Source of the DNA: Candidatus Eiseniibacteriota bacterium
GTDB taxonomy: Bacteria > Eisenbacteria > RBG-16-71-46 > CAZAMP01
DNA length: 64,000 nt
Reading direction: 5' to 3'
NCBI GenBank assembly: GCA_965224245.1
Contig: OZ245046.1
Location: 4,576,001 to 4,640,000, forward strand
Shown here piece after piece: positions 46,543 to 56,437 of this stretch (positions are counted from its first letter, which is position 1; each line of letters opens with the position of its first letter). The translations under genes were made by a program, and so were the position numbers. A model generated the notes under the pieces. It was not told the DNA's origin, did no database searches, and saw only the letters and a list, made by a program, of their open reading frames with translations.

Positions 46543-47739
46543 TCAGAGCGCGCGCCGCGGTGCGACGACCACGTTGGCCAGGAGAAGCCCCGTCACCAGC
46601 GCGACCGCGACGAGCGTCATCCGGAACGCGAACTCCACGCCCGAGACCACGTCCTCGGACAGCAGCATCGAGATGCTTCGAAAGCCGAGGCTCCCCGGCA
46701 CGAGGAGCATGATGCCGGGCACGAGCGGCACGCTCACCGGCCGGTGGGCGACGCGGGCGATCACGTTGCTGGCGAGTCCGACGACGAGCGCTCCCAGGAA
46801 GGTGCCCAGCTCGGGCCCGAGCAGCCGCGCGCCCGCGCGCGCACCCAGGAAGGCCAGCGTCCCCGACACCGCGATCCAGGCGACGTCGGACGGGTGTGCC
46901 CGAAAGAGAGCCGTGAACGCGAACGGCGCCACCGCCAGCGCGAGCCATTGCGTCCACGCGGGCAGCGCGTGCACGTGCTCCGCGAGCGGTGCGTTCAGGA
47001 ACGTCCCTCCTACCCGCGTGCCCAGCGCGACGCCGAACGCGATCAACACGAACATCAGGACCGACGCCGCCAGGCGCGCGGTGCCCGAGACGAGATGCCC
47101 GGTGGCCAGCTCGATCATCGAGATCGTCAGCGTCAGCCCCGGGATCAGCACGATGAGCCCGGCCATCACGGTGATGATCATGGACGCGTCGAAGATCGAG
47201 GCCGACGCCGACGCGACGATCGCGGCCAGAAAGGCCGCGGTCGGCTCGAAGAGCCGCGCCACGACCGTGGCCCTCCGGGCGAGTAGCGCCAGGAGGCCCG
47301 TCACCAGACCGATCGCCGTGCCGCCGAGAATCTCCGCGATCCCGCCGTCGAAGAAGCGCGCGGCCGTCGCCGACGCCAGCGTGAAGCCCAGCAGCGTCGG
47401 AACCGACCCGTAGCGATCGCCCGACGTCAGGATCGCGTCCAGCCGGCGCTGGGCCTCGGCCACGTCGACCTCGCGGCGGACGATGGCGCCGATGACGTCG
47501 TCGAGGCTCCGGAGGCGCTCCAGGTTCACCTGCCCCGGATGCGCGCGCAGGAGCTGCGTCTCCTCGCCGTCCCCCTCGCCGAACGACGCGAAGATCGCGG
47601 TCGGCGTCACGAAGAACTGCCCGGGACACTCGAGCGCGTCGGCCACCAGCGTGAGCGCGTCCTCGAGCTGGTGCGTCGGCGTGCCGTAGCGATGGAGCGC
47701 GCGTCCCAGTGACAGGGTCAAGCGAATCGAGGCGTTCAC
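46543..47739 (-). CDS. ThrE-family threonine/serine exporter
   Basis: LGRALHRYG, LIPGLTLT..ELATGHLVSG..R, PGIMLLVPG; about 10 TM helices. Confidence 0.88.
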   Translation of the reverse strand: MNASIRLTLSLGRALHRYGTPTHQLEDALTLVADALECPGQFFVTPTAIFASFGEGDGEETQLLRAHPGQVNLERLRSLDDVIGAIVRREVDVAEAQRRLDAILTSGDRYGSVPTLLGFTLASATAARFFDGGIAEILGGTAIGLVTGLLALLARRATVVARLFEPTAAFLAAIVASASASIFDASMIITVMAGLIVLIPGLTLTISMIELATGHLVSGTARLAASVLMFVLIAFGVALGTRVGGTFLNAPLAEHVHALPAWTQWLALAVAPFAFTALFRAHPSDVAWIAVSGTLAFLGARAGARLLGPELGTFLGALVVGLASNVIARVAHRPVSVPLVPGIMLLVPGSLGFRSISMLLSEDVVSGVEFAFRMTLVAVALVTGLLLANVVVAPRRAL

Positions 47740-48121
47740 GTCGAGGTTCCTCCAGTCGGTCGCGGGCGTCGCGCGGCCGCGGTCGCCGTTGGTCGCGGGC
47801 GGGTGGTTGCGCTGGCCGCGTGGTCCGGGTCCACCGGCAATCTAACGGCTCGGGACCCGCGTGGATACCGCGAGCGGGGAGCTCGGGCGTCGTCGCCGCC
47901 AGAGGTGCACCCGCCCACCGGGCGATCCGCCAAGACGCTTCCGCCACGACACATCGAGCGTCGTCGCACGGCCCCCGGCGACACGCTCAACGAGGGGAAC
48001 CCGCGCGGTTTTGCCCGCGTAGAACGGGTTTGACCCCGTGCCCCCAAGCCGGTCATCGTCTCCGATGCGTCCACCAACCGACCCCGGGCTCCGCGCTCGC
48101 GGTGAACGTCGAGGACCACGC

Positions 48122-49144
48122 ATGAGATCGATCCGGCACCCGCTCCCACGCCCTGGCTCGTACACGCGGCCGTCCCTCGGGAGCAGCCCCGGCCGCCGCC
48201 TCGGGCTCGCCGTCGCCGCGTTCGCGGTGACGACCACATTCGCCGCCTCGGGCCAGGCCCGGGACGCCTCCGACGACGACGAGGCGGACGGCGGCGAGGG
48301 TCGCGCCAAGATCTACCGCTCGTACCGCGGCCTTCGCACGTATGCCGCCGAGGACACCATCCCGCTCCTGTACGTCTACGGCGACGAGGTCGAGGTGGAG
48401 GCCCAGCGGATGTCGCTGGACGAGATCCTGGCCACGTGCATCGAGGCCGAGAGGAACAAGTACGCCAGCGTCGAGGACATCCAGTTCACGACCACCGAGA
48501 AGGCCGTCCTGTACTACGGGAGCGAGCCCACGCCGGAGACCCGCCACGACGTGGTCGAGGAGGTCTCGCGCGTCTACGCGAAGCAGCCCGACCGCCTCCA
48601 GACGGTGCGGCTCGATTCTCGCGAGTTCACCGTCGAGCCCGGCGACGACGGCAGGATGACGCGGAAGCCCAAGGACGAGAAGAAGGACGACGGCCCGACG
48701 GTACAGGTGCGGGCCACTCGCGAGGATCTGAGCGACCTGCCCCTGTTCTTCGAGGACATGTCCGAGTACGTCTTCGACATCGTGGACCGGCGCGATCTCG
48801 AGACGCGCGTGCTGTATCGCATCTCGTTCACGCCCCGCTCGGAGTTCGAGCCGCTGCCCGCCGGGGAGTTCTGGATCGACACCGCCGACTTCCAGATCGT
48901 GCACGCCGACCTGACCTGGGAGGACAACGTCCCGTTCCCGATTCTCCTGAAGGGGATCGACCACTTCTCGATCGAGAAGAAGCGCGTGGGGGATGTGTGG
49001 GTGTACGACCGGATCTCCGGCCGGATCCGCATCCGCAAGATCCCGTTCGTGGACGTGCCGCAGGTCCTGGAGGTCGTCGTCACGTTCTCCGACTACGTCC
49101 TCAACCAGGGGCTCTCCGACGATGTCTTCGCTCTCGACGAGTAG
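48122..49144 (+). CDS. Exported hypothetical protein resembling the N-terminal half of DUF5686 proteins
   Basis: Signal-like leader; EVEVEA..LDEIL; YRISFTPR..GEFWIDTADFQI; FSDY.LNQG. Confidence 0.6.
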   Translation: MRSIRHPLPRPGSYTRPSLGSSPGRRLGLAVAAFAVTTTFAASGQARDASDDDEADGGEGRAKIYRSYRGLRTYAAEDTIPLLYVYGDEVEVEAQRMSLDEILATCIEAERNKYASVEDIQFTTTEKAVLYYGSEPTPETRHDVVEEVSRVYAKQPDRLQTVRLDSREFTVEPGDDGRMTRKPKDEKKDDGPTVQVRATREDLSDLPLFFEDMSEYVFDIVDRRDLETRVLYRISFTPRSEFEPLPAGEFWIDTADFQIVHADLTWEDNVPFPILLKGIDHFSIEKKRVGDVWVYDRISGRIRIRKIPFVDVPQVLEVVVTFSDYVLNQGLSDDVFALDE

Positions 49145-49181
49145 CCTGCACGGGCGTCCGCGCGGCGTGCACGGGCGAGGC

Positions 49182-50612
49182 ATGCTCGCGGCCGCGATCG
49201 CGAGCCTCGCGTGTCTCGCCGCCCAGGGTAGGGCGGCCCACGCGGCCGAGGGGATCGCCGCCGGGTCGACGACGGTCGAGGAGGCCGGATCCGCCGACGC
49301 GACCGCAGCCGATCCGGACTCCGCGTATGCCGACATCCTCCGATCCTTCCGGCGGCGAACCGACGAGTCGATGAGCCCCGAGGCGCTTCGCTTCGACACC
49401 GTGGCCCGCGACTCCGCCATCACGGCGTTCGATGATTCCGTGTCGGCGCGCGGGCTGGCCTCCCGCCTGTCGGACCTCCGCGACGACGAGATCGTGTACC
49501 GCCGCCGGCTCCGCGGCGGGTTCGAGTTCGGGGGCACCGACGTGTCGCTCGCGCACACGAAGGTGGACGGGCCGAGCTTCCGGTTCCCCCTCGAGGCGTG
49601 GACGGCGTTCGACCGCGTCTACCTGGAGGCACGCGCGAGCGTGGGCTACGCCTTCGGGTCGAAGCGCGGGCGCCACCGGGCGGAGATCCAGGCCGACACC
49701 AATCCGGTCACGATCGGCGTGCAGCACCGGCGCCTCGCCGAGCGCTTCGGATGGACCGAGGTCCACGGCGCGACCTTCGCCTCACTCCTCGGGGTGGACG
49801 AGCAGCGCTATCTCGAGCGGCGGGGCTGGGGCGTGTTCGTGGAGCCTCACGTCAACGGTCGCATCGACGCACGCCTCACGTACGACGACGAGGATCAGGT
49901 GAGTCTCCGGGCTCACGACACGTTCACGATCGCCGGCGACGCGGACGTCTACGAGGGCGATCTCTACCGGGCCAACCCGATGATCACCGAGGGACGCTCG
50001 CACCGGCTCGGGCTCCGGGTCGATCTCCGACGCGATCGCGTCCTGGGCGTGTGGGGACGTCTCGAGCTGGAGACGGCCGGCCGCGGCCTCGGCGGCGATC
50101 TGGACTTCGATCGCGTGTTCGGGCGCATGAGCTACCGGCCCGTCCTGCCGTGGCGCGACGAGATCGAGCTGACCGCCACCGCACAGATGACGGCCGGTCC
50201 CGGCGAGATTCCGGTGCAGGCGCTGGCCACCGTCGCGGGACGCTCGGGCGTTCGCGGCGTGGACCAGTCGAACATGATCGGCACCCACGGACTCCACCTG
50301 CGCGTCGAGTATCACATCGTGCGCGATCTCCTCCGCCGCGCGCGGGTGCCGTTTCTCGGAGAGCGCCGGATCCAGTTCGTCCCGTTCGCCGACGTCGGCG
50401 CCGCCTGGACCCCGGACGACGTGCGAACTCTGGGCGACGCGACGCTGCCCGCCTCGAACGACTGGAAGTGGGGCGTGGGTCTCGGCCTCCGCCGCGCCGT
50501 GGGGCTTGGAGAGGTCCTGAGCCACATCCGGCTGGACGTCGCGTGGCGGCTCGATCGTGCGGGGGCGGGGCCGGTGACGTACGTCGTGCTGGAGTCTCAG
50601 CCGTTCCGGTGA
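49182..50612 (+). CDS. Outer-membrane beta-barrel protein (Omp85/DUF5686-like C-terminus)
   Basis: Signal peptide; GRSGVRG, FADVGAAW, GVGLGLR, RLDVAWRL. Confidence 0.7.
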   Translation: MLAAAIASLACLAAQGRAAHAAEGIAAGSTTVEEAGSADATAADPDSAYADILRSFRRRTDESMSPEALRFDTVARDSAITAFDDSVSARGLASRLSDLRDDEIVYRRRLRGGFEFGGTDVSLAHTKVDGPSFRFPLEAWTAFDRVYLEARASVGYAFGSKRGRHRAEIQADTNPVTIGVQHRRLAERFGWTEVHGATFASLLGVDEQRYLERRGWGVFVEPHVNGRIDARLTYDDEDQVSLRAHDTFTIAGDADVYEGDLYRANPMITEGRSHRLGLRVDLRRDRVLGVWGRLELETAGRGLGGDLDFDRVFGRMSYRPVLPWRDEIELTATAQMTAGPGEIPVQALATVAGRSGVRGVDQSNMIGTHGLHLRVEYHIVRDLLRRARVPFLGERRIQFVPFADVGAAWTPDDVRTLGDATLPASNDWKWGVGLGLRRAVGLGEVLSHIRLDVAWRLDRAGAGPVTYVVLESQPFR

Positions 50613-50751
50613 GCCCTCGCTCCCGACCGGATCGGTCGACCTCCGAAAACGCTTCCCCGCGAAGACTTAGCGGCTTCGTCACGGGGTGCGCAGGTCGCCC
50701 GTCGTCGCGAGGGTTGCTCGACACGACCGCAACTTCCTATCCTCATCCGCC

Positions 50752-53232
50752 ATGAGTGCCGCCGATACAGACGTCCGCGCGCCGCGACGCACGCACGTCG
50801 TCCGCTCTCTTCTCCTGGTCCTGGTGACGATCGCGACCTACATGATCGACCTCGGTCCCACGGGACCCATCGGCGGACCCCTCACATACGGCTTCGCGTT
50901 CGACGACGTCCACCTGATCGCGACCAACCAGCGGCTCGACGCGCCCGGCGGCGCGCTCGACGGCTTCACCGGCGACTACTACGCGTCGAGCACCACCGAT
51001 CCCTCCGGACAGGCGCGCGCACTCGGCTACTACCGCCCGATCGCGGTGCTCTCGAACTGGCTCGACACACAGATCTGGCACCGGGACCCTCGCGGCTATC
51101 ACGCGACGAACCTCCTTCTGCACGTTCTCGTCGTGCTCGCGTTCTACGCGTTTCTCTCCACCGCGCTTCCGGACGCACGCATCGCGATCGGGGCGGCGCT
51201 TCTCTTTGCCGTGCATCCCGTTCATCCCGAGTCGGTCACGTTCATCTCCGGACGCGTGGACGTGCTCGCCGCACTCTTCGGCGTGGCCGGGCTGTGGGCG
51301 GTCGCGCGCTCCTCCCGCACCGATGGATCGGCGTCGAGGCGCTACACCATCGCGGCGCTCGTCCTGATGCTCCTCGCACTGTGGTCGAAGGAGATGGCGA
51401 TCACGTTCCCGGCCGCGATCTTCCTGTGCGAGGGGCTCCTGGCTCCCGACCCGGTCCGCTGCTGGAAGCGCGCGTTCCGCCGGACGCTGCCGTTCGTGGG
51501 CGTCGTGACCGTGTATCTCGTGCTGCGCGTGATCGTCCTCGGCCGGCTGTCCTCCGCCGAGGGTGTCACCGACGAGACGACGGCGCTCCTCCCGCGCGTG
51601 GGAACCGTGCTGGCCACGTATCTCGGGTATCTCGTGTGGCCCCCGTTTCGCTTCAACGTCGAGCCGCCGGTCACGATCGCGTCGGAACTCTCGGCGCTCG
51701 CGTTGCTGGGACTCACCGTGCCGATCGCGCTGGCGGTCGTGTCGGCGATTCCGCGCATGCGGCGGCGCGAGCCGGCGCTGGCGTTCGCGATCCTGTGGAC
51801 GCTGGCCGCGCTGGTCCCGGTGAGTCAGGTACTTCCGGTGGAGACACTGGTCGGCGAGCGATACCTCTACATCCCGTCGCTCGGCGCCTCGCTGGCGATC
51901 GCGCTCGTCTTCGCATGGATCGGCCGTCGCGCCGGGGGTCGCGTCGGGTTCGCCGTTCTCGTCGGCGCGCTGACCGTGGCGTACGCCGCCGGCACGATCG
52001 TCCGGAATCCGTCGTGGCGGGACAACCTGACGTTCTGGGAAGCCAAGGCCGCGCTGGATCCCGACTCGTCGGAGGCCTGGAGCGCGCTCGGCATCGAGCG
52101 CAACGTCACCGGTGACATCGCCGGCGCCGCCGAGGCCTACGCCAGGGCGCTGGACGAGAACCCGGGCCACCTCGAGGCGCTGAACAACTACGCGTTGCTG
52201 CTGCTCGATCGCGGACGCGTCGACGACGCCACGCGTCTCTCGATGCGCGCGGTACAGCTGAGCCCCACCTACCCCGAGGCCCTGAACACGCTGGCCACCT
52301 GCTTCCATACGATGGGTCGCTACGGCGAGGCCGTGGGCCAGTACAAGCGCGCGCTCCGCATGCGACCGGACTTCCGCCAGGCCTGGGTGAATCTCGGAAA
52401 CACGTACTTCACCGCGGGCGTGCCCGACTCGGCGCTACGTGCCTACGGTGAGGCCATCCGCCTGGAGCCCGATCGAGAGCTGCACCTTCAGTACGCGCGG
52501 AGCCTCGCGCTCACGCGCGGAGCCGAGGCCGGCATCCGTCATCTCGTGGATGCCGGCGTGTGCCGGCCGGGGTCGGTCGACGCGCTGCTCCTCGAGAGCA
52601 ACCTCCTCCGGATGACCGGACACGCCGGGGAGGCAGTGACGAGGCTCGAGCGGGCCACGACGCTCGACCCGACGTCCGTGGTGGCCTGGGTCGAGCTGGG
52701 GCAGCTGCGTGCGACGTCGGGCGATCGCGCCGCGGCGCGAGAGGCGTTCCTGCGGGCACGCTCGCTCGACCCCTCGCAGTCGGTCGTGCACAACAACCTC
52801 GGCGTGCTCGCCGAGGAGGACGGCGACCCGGCGGCCGCGGTCGCGCATTATCGCGACGCGCGGGTCCACGCCCCCCAGGACCCCGAGGTGCTCCGAAACC
52901 TCGGCGGTGCGCTCGTGGCGGTCTCCCGTCCCGCCGAGGCGATCGAGCCGCTCGACACGTCGATCACGATCTTCGGACGCGATCCGCTCGCACGTTACTA
53001 CCGCGCCGGCGCACGCGAGGCGCTCGGAGACACCGCCGGCGCGCTGACGGACTACGAGGTCGCGACGACCCTCAATCCGGGGTTCGCGGATGCCTTTCAT
53101 GACGCCGGGCGCCTGTTCTTCGAGATGGGCCGAGCGGACGAGGGGCGGCGCGCCTTCGAGCAGTTTCTGCGGACGAGCCGGCCGGACGACCCACGCCGGC
53201 CGGCCGTGGAGGCGGCGCTCGCCGGGAGCTGA
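50752..53232 (+). CDS. TMTC-like GT-C membrane glycosyltransferase with C-terminal TPR array
   Basis: FAFDD, YYRPI, YHATNLLLH, LFAVHPVHPESV..ISGR, SKE, ERYLYIP, RNPSWRD, multiple TPRs. Confidence 0.88.
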   Translation: MSAADTDVRAPRRTHVVRSLLLVLVTIATYMIDLGPTGPIGGPLTYGFAFDDVHLIATNQRLDAPGGALDGFTGDYYASSTTDPSGQARALGYYRPIAVLSNWLDTQIWHRDPRGYHATNLLLHVLVVLAFYAFLSTALPDARIAIGAALLFAVHPVHPESVTFISGRVDVLAALFGVAGLWAVARSSRTDGSASRRYTIAALVLMLLALWSKEMAITFPAAIFLCEGLLAPDPVRCWKRAFRRTLPFVGVVTVYLVLRVIVLGRLSSAEGVTDETTALLPRVGTVLATYLGYLVWPPFRFNVEPPVTIASELSALALLGLTVPIALAVVSAIPRMRRREPALAFAILWTLAALVPVSQVLPVETLVGERYLYIPSLGASLAIALVFAWIGRRAGGRVGFAVLVGALTVAYAAGTIVRNPSWRDNLTFWEAKAALDPDSSEAWSALGIERNVTGDIAGAAEAYARALDENPGHLEALNNYALLLLDRGRVDDATRLSMRAVQLSPTYPEALNTLATCFHTMGRYGEAVGQYKRALRMRPDFRQAWVNLGNTYFTAGVPDSALRAYGEAIRLEPDRELHLQYARSLALTRGAEAGIRHLVDAGVCRPGSVDALLLESNLLRMTGHAGEAVTRLERATTLDPTSVVAWVELGQLRATSGDRAAAREAFLRARSLDPSQSVVHNNLGVLAEEDGDPAAAVAHYRDARVHAPQDPEVLRNLGGALVAVSRPAEAIEPLDTSITIFGRDPLARYYRAGAREALGDTAGALTDYEVATTLNPGFADAFHDAGRLFFEMGRADEGRRAFEQFLRTSRPDDPRRPAVEAALAGS

Positions 53233-53233
53233 C

Positions 53234-53749
53234 CTACCAGTCTCCGGCGTAGGCACCCGAGAACCCACCCCCGTGCGCGGCCGCGTAGTCGTATCGCAGC
53301 CCGGCCAGCTGGCGGAGGTGCAACGCGTCGTGCTGCCACCACGACAGGAGCAGATCGCCGGCCGACATGTCCCCCAGGCGGGGATGCGTGTGCACGGTGC
53401 TCCAGTCGGGCGCATCGAGACCGTCCAGCCACGCGATCGACGACGCCCGCTCCTCGGCGAAGTCGCGAAGCACGCCGGGGAGGCTCTGAGCGGCGTAGTC
53501 GTGCGCGATCACCCATCCCTCGGGATCGATCGGCGGCCACGGCTCGCCGTTCCGGTGGAGCGTGATGTCGAGCCTCACGCGAAAGTCGCGCCGCTCTTCG
53601 TCGAGGAGATGGCACGCCACCTCCAGCAGGGACCAGCGCGCGGGTGTCGGCTTCCATTCGGCTTCGGCCGGGGGAACGTCGGCGAGGAGCACACCGATCG
53701 CCCGCTCGCTGGCGTGCATCTGGCGCGTGACGACGGCGAGATCGATCAT
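53234..53749 (-). CDS. DinB family protein
   Basis: WSLLEVACHLLDEE, HDALHLRQL; ATGA overlap. Confidence 0.85.
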   Translation of the reverse strand: MIDLAVVTRQMHASERAIGVLLADVPPAEAEWKPTPARWSLLEVACHLLDEERRDFRVRLDITLHRNGEPWPPIDPEGWVIAHDYAAQSLPGVLRDFAEERASSIAWLDGLDAPDWSTVHTHPRLGDMSAGDLLLSWWQHDALHLRQLAGLRYDYAAAHGGGFSGAYAGDW

Positions 53750-54570
53750 CGACACGTGAGGGTCACCTCCATCCGATCGGAGCCGCGCAGGATCTCGATC
53801 GGGAGCACGTCTCCCCCCTCGAGCCCGGAGAGAAGATCCTTCACGACCTCGACGTCGGTCGCGGGCTGGCCCGCCAGCGTCAGGATGACGTCGCCGCGCA
53901 ACAAGACGCCGGAGGCCTCCTGGTCGTCTCCGAGATCCGACACCACGACGCCGCTGTCAACGCCGAGCGCGGCCGACAGCTCCCGATCGATGTCCTGGCA
54001 CCAGATGCCGCATCCGACACCGGTCACGTCGGCGAGCGGGTCGCGATCGGGGCGGGTCAGGATGTCACGCTCTCCGGCCTCGCGCATCACGGCCTCCGAG
54101 ACGAAGATCGGCGCGCGCGATCCCAGCGCCAGCGCGATGGCGTCGGAGGGTCGCGCCTCCACGCTGACGGTGTCGTCGACGCCGGTGCCGAAGTCGACCC
54201 GGGCGAAGAACATGTTGTCCTGGAGCGCGGTCACGATCACGCGCTCGACGCGCACGCCGAGCCGCGCAATCGACTCGGTCATGAACTCGTGGGTGAGCGG
54301 TCGCGGCGGCTCCTCGCCCGCGATGCGGCGGCGGATCGCGTCGGCCTCGGCGTAGCCGATCCAGATCGGCAGGGACCGCTCGTCGCCGTCGGTCTCGGTC
54401 AGGAGAATGAACGGCGACGCGCCGCCGGGCTCGATGTAGACGCCGGTGACCTCGACCGGGTGCACGTCCTCGACGGAGGCGTCGGGCGATCGAACCGCGG
54501 TCGTCACGAGCCTGGTGCCGACGATCCAGATCAACAGGAACGTGAAGGCGATGAAGAAGATCGTACGCAC
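53746..54570 (-). CDS. Membrane-anchored bifunctional nuclease (DUF151) - PDZ fusion
   Basis: N-terminal TM helix; RSLPIWIG.AEA.AI, PPRPLTHE, ARPSDAIALAL; C-terminal GVVVS..LLRGDVIL..G..ILRG PDZ pattern. Confidence 0.82.
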   Translation of the reverse strand: MRTIFFIAFTFLLIWIVGTRLVTTAVRSPDASVEDVHPVEVTGVYIEPGGASPFILLTETDGDERSLPIWIGYAEADAIRRRIAGEEPPRPLTHEFMTESIARLGVRVERVIVTALQDNMFFARVDFGTGVDDTVSVEARPSDAIALALGSRAPIFVSEAVMREAGERDILTRPDRDPLADVTGVGCGIWCQDIDRELSAALGVDSGVVVSDLGDDQEASGVLLRGDVILTLAGQPATDVEVVKDLLSGLEGGDVLPIEILRGSDRMEVTLTCR

Positions 54571-54643
54571 GCGTCAAACTCCCGTCGCGCGCTCTGCGTA
54601 CCGTCGCGGCCGCGCGCGGCGTGCGCGCGTGCTCGGCGACCGC

Positions 54644-54652
54644 AGTGTACCA
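54644..54652 (-). promoter_or_regulatory. Extended -10 element TGGTACACT
   Basis: TGn-TAnnnT upstream of the DUF151-PDZ gene. Confidence 0.4.
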
Positions 54653-54671
54653 GACTCCGGGAGCGACCACG

Positions 54672-56375
54672 TCACCGGCGCAGTGCCGTCAGCCGTCGTG
54701 CGAGGAACGACGACCCGGCTCCCGCGTTCACCACGTCGCGCGCGGCGTCGGTCAGGTCGGCCGGCGGCCCGGCCAGGTCGATCACGTGGACACGATCGGG
54801 TGCCGCGCGCGCGATCTCGTACAGCACCGAGAACGCCTCGGGAGCCGTCGCTTCGAGCGGGGGGTACACGAGCACCTCCAGATCCGGACGGCGATACGCG
54901 AAGCGCACGGCCGACGCGACCGTGGACTGGACGCCGAAGCCCCGGCGTCGCGGGTCCCCGAGCACGCGCACGTCGTCGCCGAGCGCATCGAACAGCACCA
55001 GCGTCGCGTTCGGCACCGGATCGGGCGCGAGATCGGTGCGGAGCGTGTGAAGGTGCTCGTCCAGCCGTTCGGCCTTCGGCAGGCTCACCCAGCCCCCGCT
55101 CTCGAGCCGTCCCATCGACTTCGCGACCACCAGACCCATGCCGAGCACGACGATCAGCACGAACACGGCGGCGCGACCCGGCGAGACGGTGAGGGACACC
55201 GGCGTGCGCGCGACGAGTCGGCTCGGGGCGCGCCCCGGGAAGAGCGCACTCGCCACCGTCCACACGACGCCGGCCGCGCCGAGACCGACGTAGTTCGTAT
55301 GGAACCGGCTGGGCGCCAGGAGTGCCGGCGAGACCGACACGATCAGCCACACGACGCCGAACCGCGCCAGCGTGGACCACTCGTGTGCGCTCCGGTCGCC
55401 GCCGGACGTCCGGCCCGACCGCAGCGCGGTCCACGTCAGCGCGGCGAGCGCGGCGTAGCCGGCCACCGCGATCGTCCGCCGGAGCGCCGGCACGTCGGCG
55501 AGCTCGCGGACGCCGGCCAGTGACCACACCGCGTAGACCGGCCATCGCGTGACGGTGTGGAGGCCCGGCGTCAGGCGATACAGCTCGGCGCCGGCCCCGG
55601 ACTCGAAGCGGGCGATCGAGAGCTGAACGATCGCGAACGGGATCGCCACCAGGACGTAGGGCCAGATCGACCTCGCCGCGGTCGCGGCCCGCGCGGCGAG
55701 CCCGTCGCCGGGGCCACGGCCCGCGTCGGTGGGGAATGCCGGCGACAGATGCCACGACACGAGGAACGCGAGCGCCACCGAGACGATCGCGGTCTCCTTG
55801 GTCCCGAGCGCGAGCACCAGCGCCAGCGCCGCCAGGAGCCGCCGCCGAACGCCCCGGCGACCGCCGCCGCCGGACGGGCGGAAACCGGCCGCGTGAAGGT
55901 CCAGGAACGCGAGCGACCAGAGCGTGCTGCCGACGTCCGACACGCCGCTGGCCCAGACCATCGACGGGAAGAGAAAGTCGCGTGAGACATACAGGCAGCC
56001 CGCGGCCCACGCCGCCCGGGCGTCGAGACCGACCCGGCGTCCGAGGTCCGCGATCAGGACCCCCGACACGGCCACCGCCAGCGTCAGCAGGATGTGATAG
56101 GCGAGCGGATGGCCACCCAGGCCGCGCAGCAGGACGCCGAAGAAGAGCGGATCGGATAGCGGCCGGTAGTGATGATCCATGACGCCTTCGCCGCCGAGAT
56201 ACCCCACCCACGTGGAGACGTCCGCGTCGAGCATGGCGTCCAGAAACAGATAGTCGTCTTCGGCGAAGGGGGCTCGCCACGACAGGAGCCAGGTGACGAT
56301 CGCGACGGCCAGGATCGTCCACACCGCGACCGCCCGCGAACGCGCTGGCTCTGTCCCGGCACTCGAACGAATCAT
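54672..56375 (-). CDS. Polytopic GT-C-like membrane glycosyltransferase
   Basis: FAEDDYLF, HHYRPL, LAYH, GTKETA; many TM helices; GAGG RBS. Confidence 0.7.
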   Translation of the reverse strand: MIRSSAGTEPARSRAVAVWTILAVAIVTWLLSWRAPFAEDDYLFLDAMLDADVSTWVGYLGGEGVMDHHYRPLSDPLFFGVLLRGLGGHPLAYHILLTLAVAVSGVLIADLGRRVGLDARAAWAAGCLYVSRDFLFPSMVWASGVSDVGSTLWSLAFLDLHAAGFRPSGGGGRRGVRRRLLAALALVLALGTKETAIVSVALAFLVSWHLSPAFPTDAGRGPGDGLAARAATAARSIWPYVLVAIPFAIVQLSIARFESGAGAELYRLTPGLHTVTRWPVYAVWSLAGVRELADVPALRRTIAVAGYAALAALTWTALRSGRTSGGDRSAHEWSTLARFGVVWLIVSVSPALLAPSRFHTNYVGLGAAGVVWTVASALFPGRAPSRLVARTPVSLTVSPGRAAVFVLIVVLGMGLVVAKSMGRLESGGWVSLPKAERLDEHLHTLRTDLAPDPVPNATLVLFDALGDDVRVLGDPRRRGFGVQSTVASAVRFAYRRPDLEVLVYPPLEATAPEAFSVLYEIARAAPDRVHVIDLAGPPADLTDAARDVVNAGAGSSFLARRLTALRR

Positions 56376-56422
56376 GGCACCTCGGCGGAAAGGGCGCATT
56401 GTAGCTGCCCCGCGCGCCGTTC

Positions 56423-56431
56423 TGCTACGCT
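56423..56431 (+). promoter_or_regulatory. Extended -10 element TGCTACGCT, 6 nt before the ATG (possible leaderless mRNA)
   Basis: Spacing places the transcription start at about ATG 56438; no SD sequence. Confidence 0.4.
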
Positions 56432-56437
56432 GGTGGC

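Noticed and set aside
49147-49177. Direct repeat TGCACGGGCG x2 with a 21-bp period
   Set aside because: GC-rich, only two copies, and may simply encode the leader of the next gene.
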